From: Octopus vulgaris
Lineage: Eukaryota
DNA: 64,000 nucleotides
Assembly: GCA_951406725.2 (NCBI GenBank)
Contig: OX597826.1
Location: 27,900,001-27,964,000, forward strand
Direction of reading: 5' to 3'
The position numbers and the translations under genes were made by a program. Under the pieces are notes generated by a model. The model was given only the letters and a program-made list of their open reading frames with translations, searched no databases and was not told the DNA's origin. Shown piece by piece: positions 42,512-55,442 of this stretch. Position 1 is the stretch's first letter. Every line of letters begins with the position of its first letter.

Positions 42512-42514
<3 letters not shown>
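42105..42514 (-). mobile_element. SINE family B, full length
   Basis: Homologous to the reverse complement of 32180-32575. Confidence 0.9.
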
Positions 42515-42576
<62 letters not shown>

Positions 42577-42785
42577 CATACGTATATATATATACATATA
42601 TATATGTATGTATATGTATATATATATATATATATGTATGTATATATTATATATATGTATATATATAGAGAGAGAGAGAGACAAAGAGAGGTAGATAGAT
42701 AGATAGATTGACAGTTATAAATACGTATGCAACATACATATATGAATGGTTTTGCCTATGTATACGCCCATATATATGTACGTGC

Positions 42786-42840
<55 letters not shown>

Positions 42841-42923
42841 TATTTATGCATAATGAGCATATATGTGAGTGTGTGTGTGTGTATCTTGTCCAGTGAAAGC
42901 GTTTGTGTATGTGTATGTGTATG

Positions 42924-42964
<41 letters not shown>

Positions 42965-43259
42965 ATACATACATACATACATACATGCAAACATACAAAC
43001 ATACATACTTACTTACATATACATATATATATTACTTGAATGTATGTACGTGTGCATCTATATATGTATAGGTAGATATGCAAAAATATATACATATGAA
43101 TGTATATATATATGTATGTATGTGTCTAATGTATGTATATGTATGTATTTCTTGTTTTATTCATAAATTCCTTCAGTAGATTCAAGGTTCCACATTTTGT
43201 AGTTTTATGCATTATTCCGATCCATTTTCTGCTTCTTTTTTTTTTTTGTCTAGATGCAT

Positions 43260-43950
43260 CCTTGGACCAGAGAGTCGTGCAAGAGCAGAGCCAAACGCTT
43301 TGCATGACCTGGAAATGTACGTGAGTAATGATGCAATATTCCATGTGCCTAATACCATCATGGCAAACACCGCGCAGGCAAGTGGTTGGTTGGATTTTGA
43401 GATCATTTATAACCAGGTAAAAGGATACCGTGTTACACGTATAAATAATTTACTTTCTTAGTCGCTTGGATTACTGTTTCCAAAAATGGTCGCCGCAGAG
43501 CCTAGGATGAACACCAGGATTCTCAGAAATCTAGTGCCACTACACAGAAAAGATTGACATGGTGCAACAGATGCGCTACTGGGAGAGTTTAAAGGATCTG
43601 AGGCTCAATTTCTTCGAGTGAAGACACGAAAGGCAAGCAGTAACATACCTATAGAAGATCCTGGTAGATCGATCTCCCGACCTCCAGAGTGGAAGCTATA
43701 ACAAGCACCGATGTGGATGGCATTGCATAATACCCTCCTCTACACCTAAGAATCTAGTACTGTAACAGCTTGGGTCTCAAGGGCCCAAAGATATTCAGCA
43801 CTCTGTCAAACAAGCCTAGAATTCTGCAATGCAATGTGCAGATGCGGAGGTTTTCAAAGACTAGTTGGATATTCTTTTACCTGTAATTACAGATGAACCT
43901 ACATCACCCTAGGAGGATCAAAGAACATCAGTTCCTCCAACTCGCAACCT
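43260..43950 (+). mobile_element. Heavily decayed CR1/L2-group LINE 3' fragment
   Basis: Nucleotide similarity to 4370-4620 (ACAT....AGATCCTG...; AAGGGCCCAAAGATATTCAGC...; GATGAACCTACATCA). Confidence 0.5.
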
Positions 43951-44158
43951 CACCAAAAGCAATTCAGGAAAGAAACGAAAGACATCGAATGAGATAACAA
44001 AACATGGCCTCAGGCTTTGGCTGAAACCCGTAAAACACAAAAGATAAATGTACTTAGGTAGGTGCAGGTGAAATTGTGCGGTAAAAAGCTTGCTTCCCAC
44101 TGCGTGGCAACTTGGGCAAGTGTCTTCTACTATAGTCTTGGACAAACCAAACCCTTCT

Positions 44159-44214
<56 letters not shown>

Positions 44215-44264
44215 ATAAGCTATATATATATATACATGTGTATATATATATATATATATATTTA

Positions 44265-44454
44265 TAGTTGAAATTTACAGAAAAACAAAAGACGGAGACA
44301 GGTGTATAAACAACAAACTGGTGCATTAGTTTAACGCTCGGGAAGGTCAGAAAGTTTTTTAGGTTTCGAGCCTACGCTCTTCAACAGAAAGGAACACGAA
44401 AAAATAAACAGAGAGAATACAATAAAAAGTTTTGGAGCTAGCGGTCAATCATGG

Positions 44455-44455
<1 letters not shown>
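44265..44455 (-). mobile_element. Penelope-like terminal repeat fragment with degenerate HHR
   Basis: Minus strand TTT-CTGTTGA-A-GAGC-GTAG-GCTC-GAAA-CCTA-AAA. Homologous to 23925-24085. Confidence 0.55.
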
Positions 44456-44515
<60 letters not shown>

Positions 44516-45620
44516 TATGTATATAAATTGGTGCATGAGGAAACTCTATATGGATAATTATTCATTCGTATATATAAAAGATAGACAGAATACGTTCGTT
44601 CGTACACGACAGCAAGAATATAGAGACATAAAAAAATCGATTGAGACAGATAGGACAAGGAAGAGAGAGACGGAGAGATAGAAAAATAGAAAAAACAAAA
44701 TACGGGAGGCGAAGAAAAAGTCTGTTAAAGTCGGGAAATTGCCCTTGAGGTTAGTGGTTTCAAAGATTCTAACCAGTTTCACAAATAACAGCAACATCAC
44801 ACATACACTTCTGCATATATATGCGTGTGTGTGTATGTGCGTGCGTGTGTATGTGTGTGTACGTGCGTATGTGTGTGTGTATAAAAGATATAAAGGATAT
44901 GTGGGTTCTAGTTCACTGGTGATCTAAACGAATAGGTACGCTGAGTAGGTGCTATAATTCGTCATCTGTTAGGTACCAATTTCTATAATTATATATATAT
45001 GTGCGTATGTGTGTGTTTGTGTGTGTACGTATATCTCTATAGATATATATGTATATATTATATATATTCATGTATCAAGTAGTCGGTTTATATAAGTAAT
45101 ATCTAAGTATATATATAATTATATGTATATAGCAATAATAAATCTCTGGACGAGATGTAAACAGTAACCGCTTGACAACGTAAAGTATACTATCCATCTC
45201 AATATGGCTAACCACTAAGGGTGGGTGTACTGTAGCTTTTAGCCCCTGGATATCATCGTCTCCAGCTGGCTTTAGGCACACTTTCTGTGCCCTTATGGTA
45301 TTTGCAAAGGGAGGTCATCCCTCTCTCGTAAACCTAAGTGATACGAACGGACTGCAGTTTCGAGGTACTTGCCTATATGTATATATAATTAGGTAAATAT
45401 ATATATATAATTATAATAGGTATATGTATATATAATTATAATAGGTATATGTATATATAATTATAATAGGTATATGTATATATAATTATAATAGGTATAT
45501 GTATATATAATTATAATAACGCGTAGTTCTTAACGCAATTTGGCATCTATCTCCAGCATGTGGCCCTACTCGTAAGTGCCCTTATTATAATTATATATAT
45601 AATCATATATATTTATATAC

Positions 45621-45651
<31 letters not shown>

Positions 45652-46899
45652 CATATATATACATATATATATATACATGTATATATATACATATATATAT
45701 GCATATGTATGTATGTATGTATGTATATGCGTGCACGTGTGTGTATATGTGTGTATGCACCGTGTGTGCATATGTGTGCATATCTGTGCGTTGTGTGTGT
45801 TGATTCAGAGATGCTGATGTATAAGAAACTATGTGAAACTGTGTGTTAAATATAGAGAATTTGATGAAGATTATGATAAATTTATTTAACCGATGTAAGA
45901 CTTGTATATTTAAACAAATATAACAAATACGCCATTGTTGTAAGACGTATATCAGAGGGTTTGGCCCCAAAGTCTTGCTTAGGAAAGCATCAAGATTGTA
46001 TTTTCAAAGATCTCATCTCACTCCCATTAAATCTGCACGTCGTCTTTCCAAGATAAATTCGTGTCTTCTATAGAAGAATATAGTCTAAGGTCATTCGAAT
46101 GTTTACTAATAATAATCACATCAACTTCAAGAAGTACAAAATTTCGCAGTCACAACGATGTTTCGTGTTATTGCCCTCCAACAGGGGAATATAAATATAC
46201 ATTTCAAACAATCTTACACTCGTGTATGCATACTTGTACATCCACGCGCGCATACAAACACACACACATATACACATAGACATACATACACACACACACA
46301 CACGCACACACGTGAAGGCATAAATATGAATATGGGTAAACAACGAAGAATATATAACTAAATGCTGAGACTAGTCATTGTGTGATTTTAATAAAAAAAA
46401 TAAACATGTCCAGCAAGCGTGGCTGTGTGGTACGAAGTTTGCTTCCCAACCACATGGTTCCAAGTTCAGTCTCATCTCCAGCAAGCGTCTTAAACTATTG
46501 CCTTGGGCCAACCAAAGTCTTGTGAGTGGATTTGGCAGGAGGAAATTGAAGATCCCTGTCGTATACATTTGTGTGTGTGTATGTGTATGTTTGTGCTTGT
46601 CTTTGCCTCCGCTGGTCTGCTTAACAATAGGTGTCGTAGAATTGAGGCCAATTCATTCTATTAAAAATTCTTCAAGGCTGAAACAAGTAAAAGAAAAAAT
46701 ATATATGTATGTATATATATATGTATGTATATATATATGTAAATATATATGTATGTATATAAACGACCTCGAACACACAAGTGCAAACAAGGGAGTCAGA
46801 GAAAGGCAGAATGCTACTTATATCTGAACACTACTACAGAAATATTCTTTTAAAAAAACTTTTCTTCTAATTTTTCTAAATTTAATTATTTAATCGTTA

Positions 46900-46937
46900 C
46901 AGTTGAAAAGGTCGCAAAATGACCGAAACCGGTACTG
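46900..46937 (+). ncRNA. Degenerate minimal hammerhead
   Basis: CAG-TTGAAAA-GGTC-GCAAAAT-GACC-GAAA-CCGG-TA-CTG. All three stems are intact, but the core reads UUGAAAA instead of CUGANGA. Confidence 0.5.
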
Positions 46938-46986
46938 AAAGATTCACTATAAAATTATCTTAGCATTTTCTATTTTTGACTTGTTT

Positions 46987-47031
<45 letters not shown>

Positions 47032-47032
<1 letters not shown>

Positions 47033-47290
47033 TGTTGTGTCTGGGGAGAGTCCTTCTTTTTTTAGTGCCTTATTATTTAACACATTCACCGGTAAAATTT
47101 CCACTTATTTTTATTCTCTAAAATTTTCGTTGCGTGTTGCGAGAATAAAAATAAGAAATAAGTGGAAATTTTACCGGTGAGTGTGTTAAATAATAAGGCA
47201 CTAAAAGAGAATAACTCTCCCCAGACACAACAGAATATGCTTCAACACACGAACTCATATAAAGAATCTTGCAAACCAAATCTAAAAATG
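47032..47290. repeat. ~90-bp inverted duplication within a dispersed repeat
   Basis: 47032-47118 versus 47141-47233. The same family occurs at 21130-21230 and 38660-38780. Confidence 0.85.
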
Positions 47291-47962
47291 ATATATTTAT
47301 ATATATATATTTGAGTGAATGTATTCAAACGTTTTTTCTCCCCATCTCTTTTTTATCTCATCATCCGTTTTCTCTCCTCATTTCTTTCTGTAGACGAACA
47401 TAGACTGAAGACATTAAAGACTTTGCCTTTCATCCTTGCTGGTCTTTTCCCAAAAGTTTGAAACAACCATTATTATTATCAATAATATTAATACACCAAT
47501 TTGATTTTTGTACGTACCTAACGCGTGTGTCACGCTTAAGAGAAAGAAATTTTCTTGCTTAAATGAAAATTCCTAAGAACTCTTGTAATTTCTGGAAGAG
47601 AACTGACACCACCACCACCACCCTCACCGTCATCAACATCCATGCCTACTGGGCCACCGAAGCAGCAACGACCTTGATGAGAAAATTAAGATACTTAAAT
47701 TTGAGGCATTTATTGAGCAAAGGAGAGAGGAAGTGAAAGAGTAAGAGAGAGAGGGAGAGAGTGAGAGGAAGTGGCTGATAGGTATATGAATTCCTTTCTA
47801 CGATTGACCGGAAATCGACCCTGGCTATTAAAGACCCAACCACACACACACACACGCACACATTTGTTTTGAATTCAGCCATACACCAGATAACATGTGA
47901 AGTTTTACATTATTTACAATATTTACATTTGACGGATATTTGTCCTCATCTTGTTTGTTGTT

Positions 47963-48008
47963 AACACAACGTTTCGGCTGATATACCCTCCAGCCTTCAT
48001 CAGGTGTC
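47963..48008 (-). ncRNA. Minimal type I hammerhead ribozyme (Penelope-type)
   Basis: Minus strand GACAC-CTGATGA-A-GGCTG-GAGGGTATAT-CAGCC-GAAA-CGTT-GTGTT, with palindromic ACGT as stem III. Confidence 0.75.
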
Positions 48009-48068
48009 CTGGGGAAATTTCGATCCTGGGTTCTCATTCCTAAGTATTTTTCGATGTTATTATTATTA

Positions 48069-49135
48069 CTAGCAGTATAACACGGCCTTACCCGGGATTA
48101 AGTTACGATTATTAAGCTAATCAAGTTCATTATTTCAAACCAAACTAAGTAATATAGACGTCAAATTTGGGCGAAATCCGTTGAAATTAGTTACATTATA
48201 TATAAATATATATATATTATATATATCATATATATATAATATAATATAAATATATTTGGGCAACAGACACGAACACACATACATACATGTACGTACGTAC
48301 ACCTATTGCATGTTTTGTACACGCATACATGTTCATAAACAGAAATGGATGGAAAATATGTTGTTAAATTTGTAGATTAACACGCACAATTTTCACTAAG
48401 AAAAAAAATCGTTTTTTTGCATGGAATCAAATACTCTGGCCTCAAAACCCTTTTTGTGGACCGTGAACCGGAGTGGGGTGTGGTGGAAGCAAATTGTACC
48501 CATTTATATTGTGTAATTCACTGACAAATTGATACTCACCGCTTTGTTTCTTTGTTGTTAAATAAATGGATTGTCAACAAAACACTTTTTTACTCGGCGT
48601 AAAATAAAACAAAAGTCATGTGTGAGAGAGAGAGAGGGGAGAGAAAGATGAACGATTTAAAATAAATAAATGATTTAAAATAAATATATCGTAATTGTTG
48701 TGTGAGAAAGTATATATACTATGATTATAAAATATAGTGTGCCTTTCAAAAACAAAAAACAAAACATTTTACATTTTATTTTTTATGAACGTAGTCACTT
48801 ACTCTCTCTCTCTCTCTCTCCCTCTCTCACGTTGTCTTTCCCGTGAAACTCTCTGTCTCCTTTCACTTTTCCTAATCTTATTTTTTTTTGTTAGATGCCA
48901 TCAAAAAGCAATGGCTGATATTTGTCATGGTTAAAAGGTATGGTTTAAAATGGTGGAAAATAGATTTTTACCCTATCCGCGGGTGCCTCGGGGAAAAAAT
49001 AAGTTGACAAAACCAGATAGGATGTTGACAAATGTCCTCCTATAATTTGAGCGACGTGCGTGCTAATTTGCGGATGTGCATAAATTACAATCACGTACAC
49101 ACGCACACACGCACACACATCCTCCCTTTTATAGA
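48069..49135 (-). mobile_element. Non-autonomous Helitron inserted in an (AAT)n tract
   Basis: Minus strand A|TCTATAAAAGGG...CCCGGGTAAGGCCGTGTTATACTGCTAG|T has 5' TC, 3' CTAG, a subterminal GC-rich segment and an A/T target. It shares the ATACTGCTAG end with the element at 61886-62574. Confidence 0.75.
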
Positions 49136-49229
<94 letters not shown>

Positions 49230-49233
<4 letters not shown>

Positions 49234-49336
49234 TCACTGCCTGGAATCGAAGTCGGAATCTTGGGGCATATAGCGTAGTGGTTAAGAGCACAGGCTACTA
49301 ACCCCAAGATCCGAGTTCGATTTCCAGCAGTGACCT
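49230..49336. mobile_element. tRNA-like SINE head (+, 49263-49336) with inverted partial copy (-, 49230-49266)
   Basis: A box TAGCGTAGTGG (49271-49281), CT-ACT-AA loop, B-box-like GAGTTCGATTT, then (AAT)n. The acceptor and anticodon stems are imperfect. Confidence 0.7.
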
Positions 49337-49337
49337 A

Positions 49338-49428
<91 letters not shown>

Positions 49429-50192
49429 GAAACATTTCTCATGGCACCAGCACACAATTTACAGATGCTTACAATTTTTATATTTTCCGTAAATTTTTCA
49501 CGGGTCCAGCTAGTTATTATTATTATTGTTTCTATTTGTTGTTCAAAAATATTTCTTGCTAAGTGTTGTTCGAAACTATTTCGCAGATCTCAAAACTATT
49601 TTTATCATGATTTCTCAAAGAAAACCAATCTGTTCCCGTTTATTTAATTTTCTGCACTGTTTTGATATATTTTATTTATATAATTACCAATCAATTCTTT
49701 TCCCTGCTGTAACACTGAATCTCTCTCTCCCTCCCTCTCTCTCTCTCCCTCCCTCTCTCTCTCTCCTTTTCTCTCTATGTCTGGTTCACTTTCTCCTTTT
49801 ACTTTTTTTACTTTACTTTACTATAACCGCGTCTCTTTTCCTTTCTCGTCTTTTATCTTTAACCTCTGCATAATCTATTAATATCCCTTCCTTCAGTTCC
49901 CAGCTTTTCTCTCTCTCTCTCTCACTCTCTCTCCTCTCTCTATCTCTCACTCTCTTTCTTTCACTCTATCTTCGTTTCTCTGTCTTTATCTCTCAGTCTT
50001 TCTCTGCTATTCCACTACCTCTCTACCTCTATTCTCTCTCTCTCTCTAACTTGTTCTCTTAATCTCTTTCTGTCTCTCGCTCCTCTCTCATTCTCACCCT
50101 TTCTCTCTCCCTCCTCTCTTTTTCTCTCACTCTCTTTGTTTTTCTCTATCTCTTTTTTTCTCTCTCTCCCTCTGTTTTTCCCATTTAGTTCC

Positions 50193-50232
<40 letters not shown>

Positions 50233-50761
50233 TCCACTTTGTCTTTCTCTATGTCTGTTTTTCTCTGTGTCTCTTTCTCTCTCACTACCTCTCAGTCCCT
50301 CTTTCATTTCCTCCCTCTCTTTTTCTCCCATATTCTCTTTCTCTTTCTCTATACCTCTTTCTCTCTTTCTTTTTCTTTCTGTCCCTCATTTTCTGTCTCT
50401 CGTCACTCGCTCCGTTAATTACATAAATATACATGGTACACTTCCTTATTTGCCTTCACACTTCTCCCTCATAAGCACTCGCATTCTACATAATGTTATT
50501 GTATGTAAAGTTAACTTTAACCAACGGATCATTTACTTCTTATTAGCATCATCCACTTCCTTCTCTTCCTTCTCCTCCTCCAGTTTTCCTCCTTCTTCCT
50601 ATTCCCTGCTATTCCTCCCTATTTCTTTATCGTACCTCCAAGTCTATACTTCTTCACTCCGTACATTCTTTTCCTCCATTTCTTTTGTGTCGTTCTACCT
50701 CTTCCTTCTCTTTGCTTACTTCCACGTATTTGTAGTTGCTTCACCAATTTATTACTCTACG

Positions 50762-50920
50762 GATATGGCTGTGTGGTAAGAAATTTGCTTCTCAATCACA
50801 TGGTTCCGGGTTCACTCTCACTCCGTAATGCCTTGGGCAAGTACCGACCAAAGCCTTGTGATTGGATTTGGTAGAGGGAAATTGAAAGAAGCCATCGTAT
50901 ACACACACGCACACACACAC

Positions 50921-50971
<51 letters not shown>

Positions 50972-51200
50972 CATACATACATACATACATACATACATAC
51001 ATACATACATACATACATACATACATACATACATACATACATACATAGAATAAGTGTGTATTTGTGTCTGTTCCCCACTACCGCTTGACAGCAACAGAGA
51101 ATAATAGAATAGGTACCAGGCTTTAAAAGTGTACGCCGCTCGATTCATGCGGTGCTCCAGCATGGCCTTAGTATAATGGCTGAAACAAGTAAACGATATT
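50762..51200 (+). mobile_element. SINE family B with internal (ATAG)n(ATAC)n expansion
   Basis: Head ATGGCTGTGTGGTAAG...CCTTGGGCAAG and tail GCGGTGCTCCAGCATGGCC...CTGAAACAAGT. Confidence 0.8.
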
Positions 51201-51981
51201 AGATGGAAGATATTTAGATATTGTGTTCTCGTAGAAGCGTTTAATACTTTTAAAATGATAAATCTTACTCGTTCCTTGATTAGATCTTATAACCTCAAAA
51301 CTTAAAAGAGTCGTACTGACCGAGAACACAACAGCTGTATAACCGTATAAAGTTATGTATGATGATAGCTACGCGTCGATTATGCTTCACAGATGAGGTG
51401 TAATAAAGCTAAAACGTAGGCAGGTGTTAAAGCCGAAACCAACATCAGAATCATTCCCTTTGTCTACCTTCGCTTCATTAATCACAAAAACTATTATCAC
51501 TTTTTTATTCATACTTTTCTTTCTCTTTTCTTTCAGACCATTGACACCCGCCTCTCTCTCTCTCTCTCCTTCTCTCTTTCTCTCCTTCTCTCTCTCCTTC
51601 TTTCTCTCCCCTTCTCTTTCTCTCTCTCTGACTCCTTCTGTTTAATATACGTGTGTGTGTATGTATTTATGTATTTATGTATGCATGCATGTATGTATGT
51701 ACGTATCCATGTATGTATGTACGTATGCATGCATGTAGTTACGTTGTCTATATGTATGAATGTATGGTTGGCAGCATTTTGTCCGTCTTTACCTTCTGAG
51801 TTCAAATTCCGCCGGGGTCGATTTTTGTCTTTCATCCTTTCAGGGTCGATAAATTAAGTACTAATGAAATATTGGGGTCGGTATAATCGACTAGTCGCCA
51901 CCCTACAAAATTGAGGATGTGTGCCTCCAGTAGAAAGGATTAGTATGATTGCTGTTGTTGTTATCATCATCATCATGGTTA

Positions 51982-52052
<71 letters not shown>

Positions 52053-53051
52053 GCGCGTCGGGCTAAAGTGTTAGTGGAATTTCTTCCTGTTTTACGCCCT
52101 CTGAACTCATCTTTGCCATTTCATTTTTACGGGGGTCGATAAAAACAAGTACCAATCAAGTACGACTTCTTTTTTCCCCTCTCACCCATAAAATCAATGG
52201 CCGTATACCAAAATTTGAAACCATGATTACCAACCACTGTAACTGAAAAAAAAAAACGCGGAGACGAGAAACGAAACAATTACAATTTGCTTTGCCAATA
52301 ACCATTACCAGTAATAAATAATTAAACATTATATTTCCCTCTTCGTATTAATTTTCATTTAAACTTGGAATCACTACGCCATAGTTTACTAGATTCATAA
52401 ACACAACTGCGAAGCCTGAGATGGTAGATGTCTTGCTGGGTGAGACATTATTACAAGAAGCGTGACTTTGCACAGCTCTCTGTGTGCACAATAGACTGGC
52501 AAAGAGCGAGCTACATGCCGTGGAGCCAACATGCTCTCTAATAACAGTTAGATATTCATACTTAATTTAAAATTAATTATCTGTAAGAATTCGTTGTTCA
52601 TATACCTAATTAACAACTAGAATTATATCCCAGCATTCTATGCGATTCTGCGAGACATTTAACTATTTTTTTAAATTTTATTTTCAGGTTTAAATATATT
52701 TCATCTTTATTGCTCATTCTTCATTTGTTTCAGAAATTGGACTGCGGCCAAGCTGGGGCTTTGCCTTTCAAGGTAATAGACGAACTCGATTGGCTCCAGT
52801 ATTTATGTCTATTTAGGTTGCTTTTTTTATGTTTGGCTCTTATTCCATTATTCCTTTTTACCGAAATGTTAGGATTCGAAGATGCAAACAAACCAGCACC
52901 GGTTGCAAAACGGTGATTGGTGGTGGAATACAAAGGTACCAAACAACACACACACACAAGCATACCCCCCATACACACGCACTTACATATATATATAAAC
53001 ATACATACATATATACATACATGTGTATGTACATGTGTGTATACATACATA

Positions 53052-54670
53052 CAGTTGCGGCCAAAATGTTCAGAACGGTATTGTTTTCGTCAGAAAAGTA
53101 GATATAAGTTTTTATTAAAATTGTTTTATATTCTATGATTTTCACAGACAATAAATACAATATTAATTGGTATTGTCTAAGATTTTGGTGTAATTTGAGA
53201 ACATAATAAAAAAGTTATGGATGATTTAGGGATTTACTGCAAAACCCATGGTGGCCAAAATGATCAGAACTGTTGCTTTTACTCCGTGTTTTAGTATATT
53301 TAACCGTCGAACTCTAATGTTTTGAATTTGTTTACGTGACAATTCGTTTACTAAACATTAGTAAGAATATCTGCAGTGTACTTTGTTAATATAATGCCAC
53401 TTACTCCGTTACCAATTCGACAGCAGATTATTAAGCTTCGAAAGAAGGATAATTTAAGTATTAGGTCTATTGCAAAGATTGTTAACAAGTCAAAAAGTGG
53501 TGTTCACGGTATTCTTAAGGTCTACGATGATTGTGGTTCGTGCGAAGCAAGAAAGTCTACAGGTAGGCCAAGAAAAACGACCAAGAGAGAAGATCGTGCT
53601 ATGCTAAAGTTGGTTAAAAATGACAGATTTAAAACTGCTGCTGCTGTTTTTCGGGAAATGAGCATTGTACTGAAGGAAACTTTATCTCGAAAAACTGTGT
53701 CTCGTCCTTCGGTTGAACATGACCTACAAGCAAGAGCACCTGCAGTGAAGACACTGATCAGCTCCAAGAATAAAAAGTGTCGTCTTACCTTTGCAACCGA
53801 ACATGTGTTGTGGTCTCAAGAAAAATGGCAAACGGTGCATTTCAGTGATGAATCTAAGTCTATGTTATTTGGCTCAGATGGGAAAAGGTACGTTCGTCGA
53901 AAAGCAGGTGAAAAATTGTCACCTAAATGCCTTAAGACTAGTGTTAAATTCGGTGGAGGAAGTGTCATGGTTTGGGGGATGATATCTGGAGATGTTGTGC
54001 TGCGATTACATGGAAAGGTAAATGCAGGAGTTTATAAACAACTTGTAAAAGATCATGTCTTGCCTGTGCTGAGAAATTCAACTAAGCGACCACCCATATT
54101 CATGCAGGACAATGCCCCATGTCACAAGGCTAAGTCGGTCATGAACTTCCTCAAGGCTGAAAAGGTTATTGTTATGGATTGGCCTGCTCAAAGCCCAGAC
54201 CTCAATCCTATTGAAAATGTGTTGAGTATTCTAGGAGAACGTTTGAAAGCCAGAAATCCTAAAACAACCGAGCAATTATGGAATGCCCTTCAGGAAGAAT
54301 GGAATAAGATCACCCAGCAAGAAATTGAAAATTTAAGTTCCCCATGCAGTCGAAAATGACAAACTTTGATTGAAGATAAAGGGCTTCACACTAAATATGA
54401 AATAATTCCAGCATTCTCTGTCACTTTTTGATTATTTTGTTATTTTTTCAACCGTTCTGATCATTTTGGCCACCATGGATTTTGCAGTAAATCACTAAAT
54501 CATCCTTAACTTTTGTATTATCCACTTAAATTACACCAAAATCTCAGACAATACCAATTAATATTGTATTTATTGTTTGTGAAAGTTATAGAATATAAAA
54601 CAACTTTAATAAAAACTTATACTTACTTTTCTGACAAAAAACAATGCCGTTCTGAACATTTTGGCCGCAA

Positions 54671-54673
<3 letters not shown>
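53052..54673 (+). mobile_element. Full-length Tc1-family transposon (1622 bp), IR/DR type, TA TSD
   Basis: TA|CAGTTGCGGCCAAAATGTTCAGAAC...GTTCTGAACATTTTGGCCGCAACTG|TA. The ~220-bp TIRs (53052-53276 and 54450-54673) each carry outer and inner GGCCAAAATG(T/A)TCAGAAC direct repeats. Confidence 0.95.
53394..54359 (+). CDS. Tc1 DD34E transposase; premature stop about 13 codons before the natural end, probably inactive
   Basis: N-terminal HTH, GRPRKTT, FSDESK, VMVWG, QDNAPCH and SPDLNPIE with D-E spacing of 34. After the TGA the frame continues QTLIEDKGLHTKY. Confidence 0.9.
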   Translation: MPLTPLPIRQQIIKLRKKDNLSIRSIAKIVNKSKSGVHGILKVYDDCGSCEARKSTGRPRKTTKREDRAMLKLVKNDRFKTAAAVFREMSIVLKETLSRKTVSRPSVEHDLQARAPAVKTLISSKNKKCRLTFATEHVLWSQEKWQTVHFSDESKSMLFGSDGKRYVRRKAGEKLSPKCLKTSVKFGGGSVMVWGMISGDVVLRLHGKVNAGVYKQLVKDHVLPVLRNSTKRPPIFMQDNAPCHKAKSVMNFLKAEKVIVMDWPAQSPDLNPIENVLSILGERLKARNPKTTEQLWNALQEEWNKITQQEIENLSSPCSRK

Positions 54674-54732
<59 letters not shown>

Positions 54733-55029
54733 GATAAAGGATAAAATTTTTTTCGGGAAAAAAAATTTATCAATGGCCAGTATATCAAAAAGTACCTTTA
54801 AAGGTAAAATTTTTAGATAATTTACAAGATAAGGGCAGAAGAAAAATTCTAATACCAAATATGCCGAAACAAAAAATTGTCAACCATTAAAATTTATGCG
54901 TCTCAAAACAAACCGATAGAAATCTCTAAAAAATTCGTTATTGCCGTCAGCGGCAAATACGCGAGATATAAGTGAAATACTTACTCATACCCATGGAAAA
55001 AGCAAGCACTAAGTCCAGAGCAGACTTAA

Positions 55030-55087
<58 letters not shown>

Positions 55088-55358
55088 CACCGTAATCAGA
55101 CTATCAGATGTTGCTACACATCGCTGGTCACAATGCGTTTCGCATTGTTTTAGCCTTCAATTGACGAGCAGGCCAACAGAAGAAAGAGTAAGAGAAAGTT
55201 GTGGCGAAAGAGTACAGCAGGAATTGCCACCACCTCCTGCCGGAGCATCGTGGAACTGCTAGTTGTTTTCGCTCAATAAACACTCACTCTGGGAATCGAA
55301 ACCGCGATCCTACGACCGCGAGTCCGCTGCCCTAACCACTGGGCCATTGCGCCTCCAC
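55088..55358 (-). mobile_element. SINE family C
   Basis: Homologous to 30580-30885. Confidence 0.85.
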
Positions 55359-55410
55359 ATATATGTGTGTATATATGTATATATATATATATATATGTAT
55401 ATATTTATAC

Positions 55411-55442
<32 letters not shown>

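Noticed and set aside
49263-49336. tRNA-Ser(ACT)-like gene
   Set aside because: Acceptor and anticodon stems are poor, there is no long variable arm or poly-T terminator, and it recurs as a repeat head.
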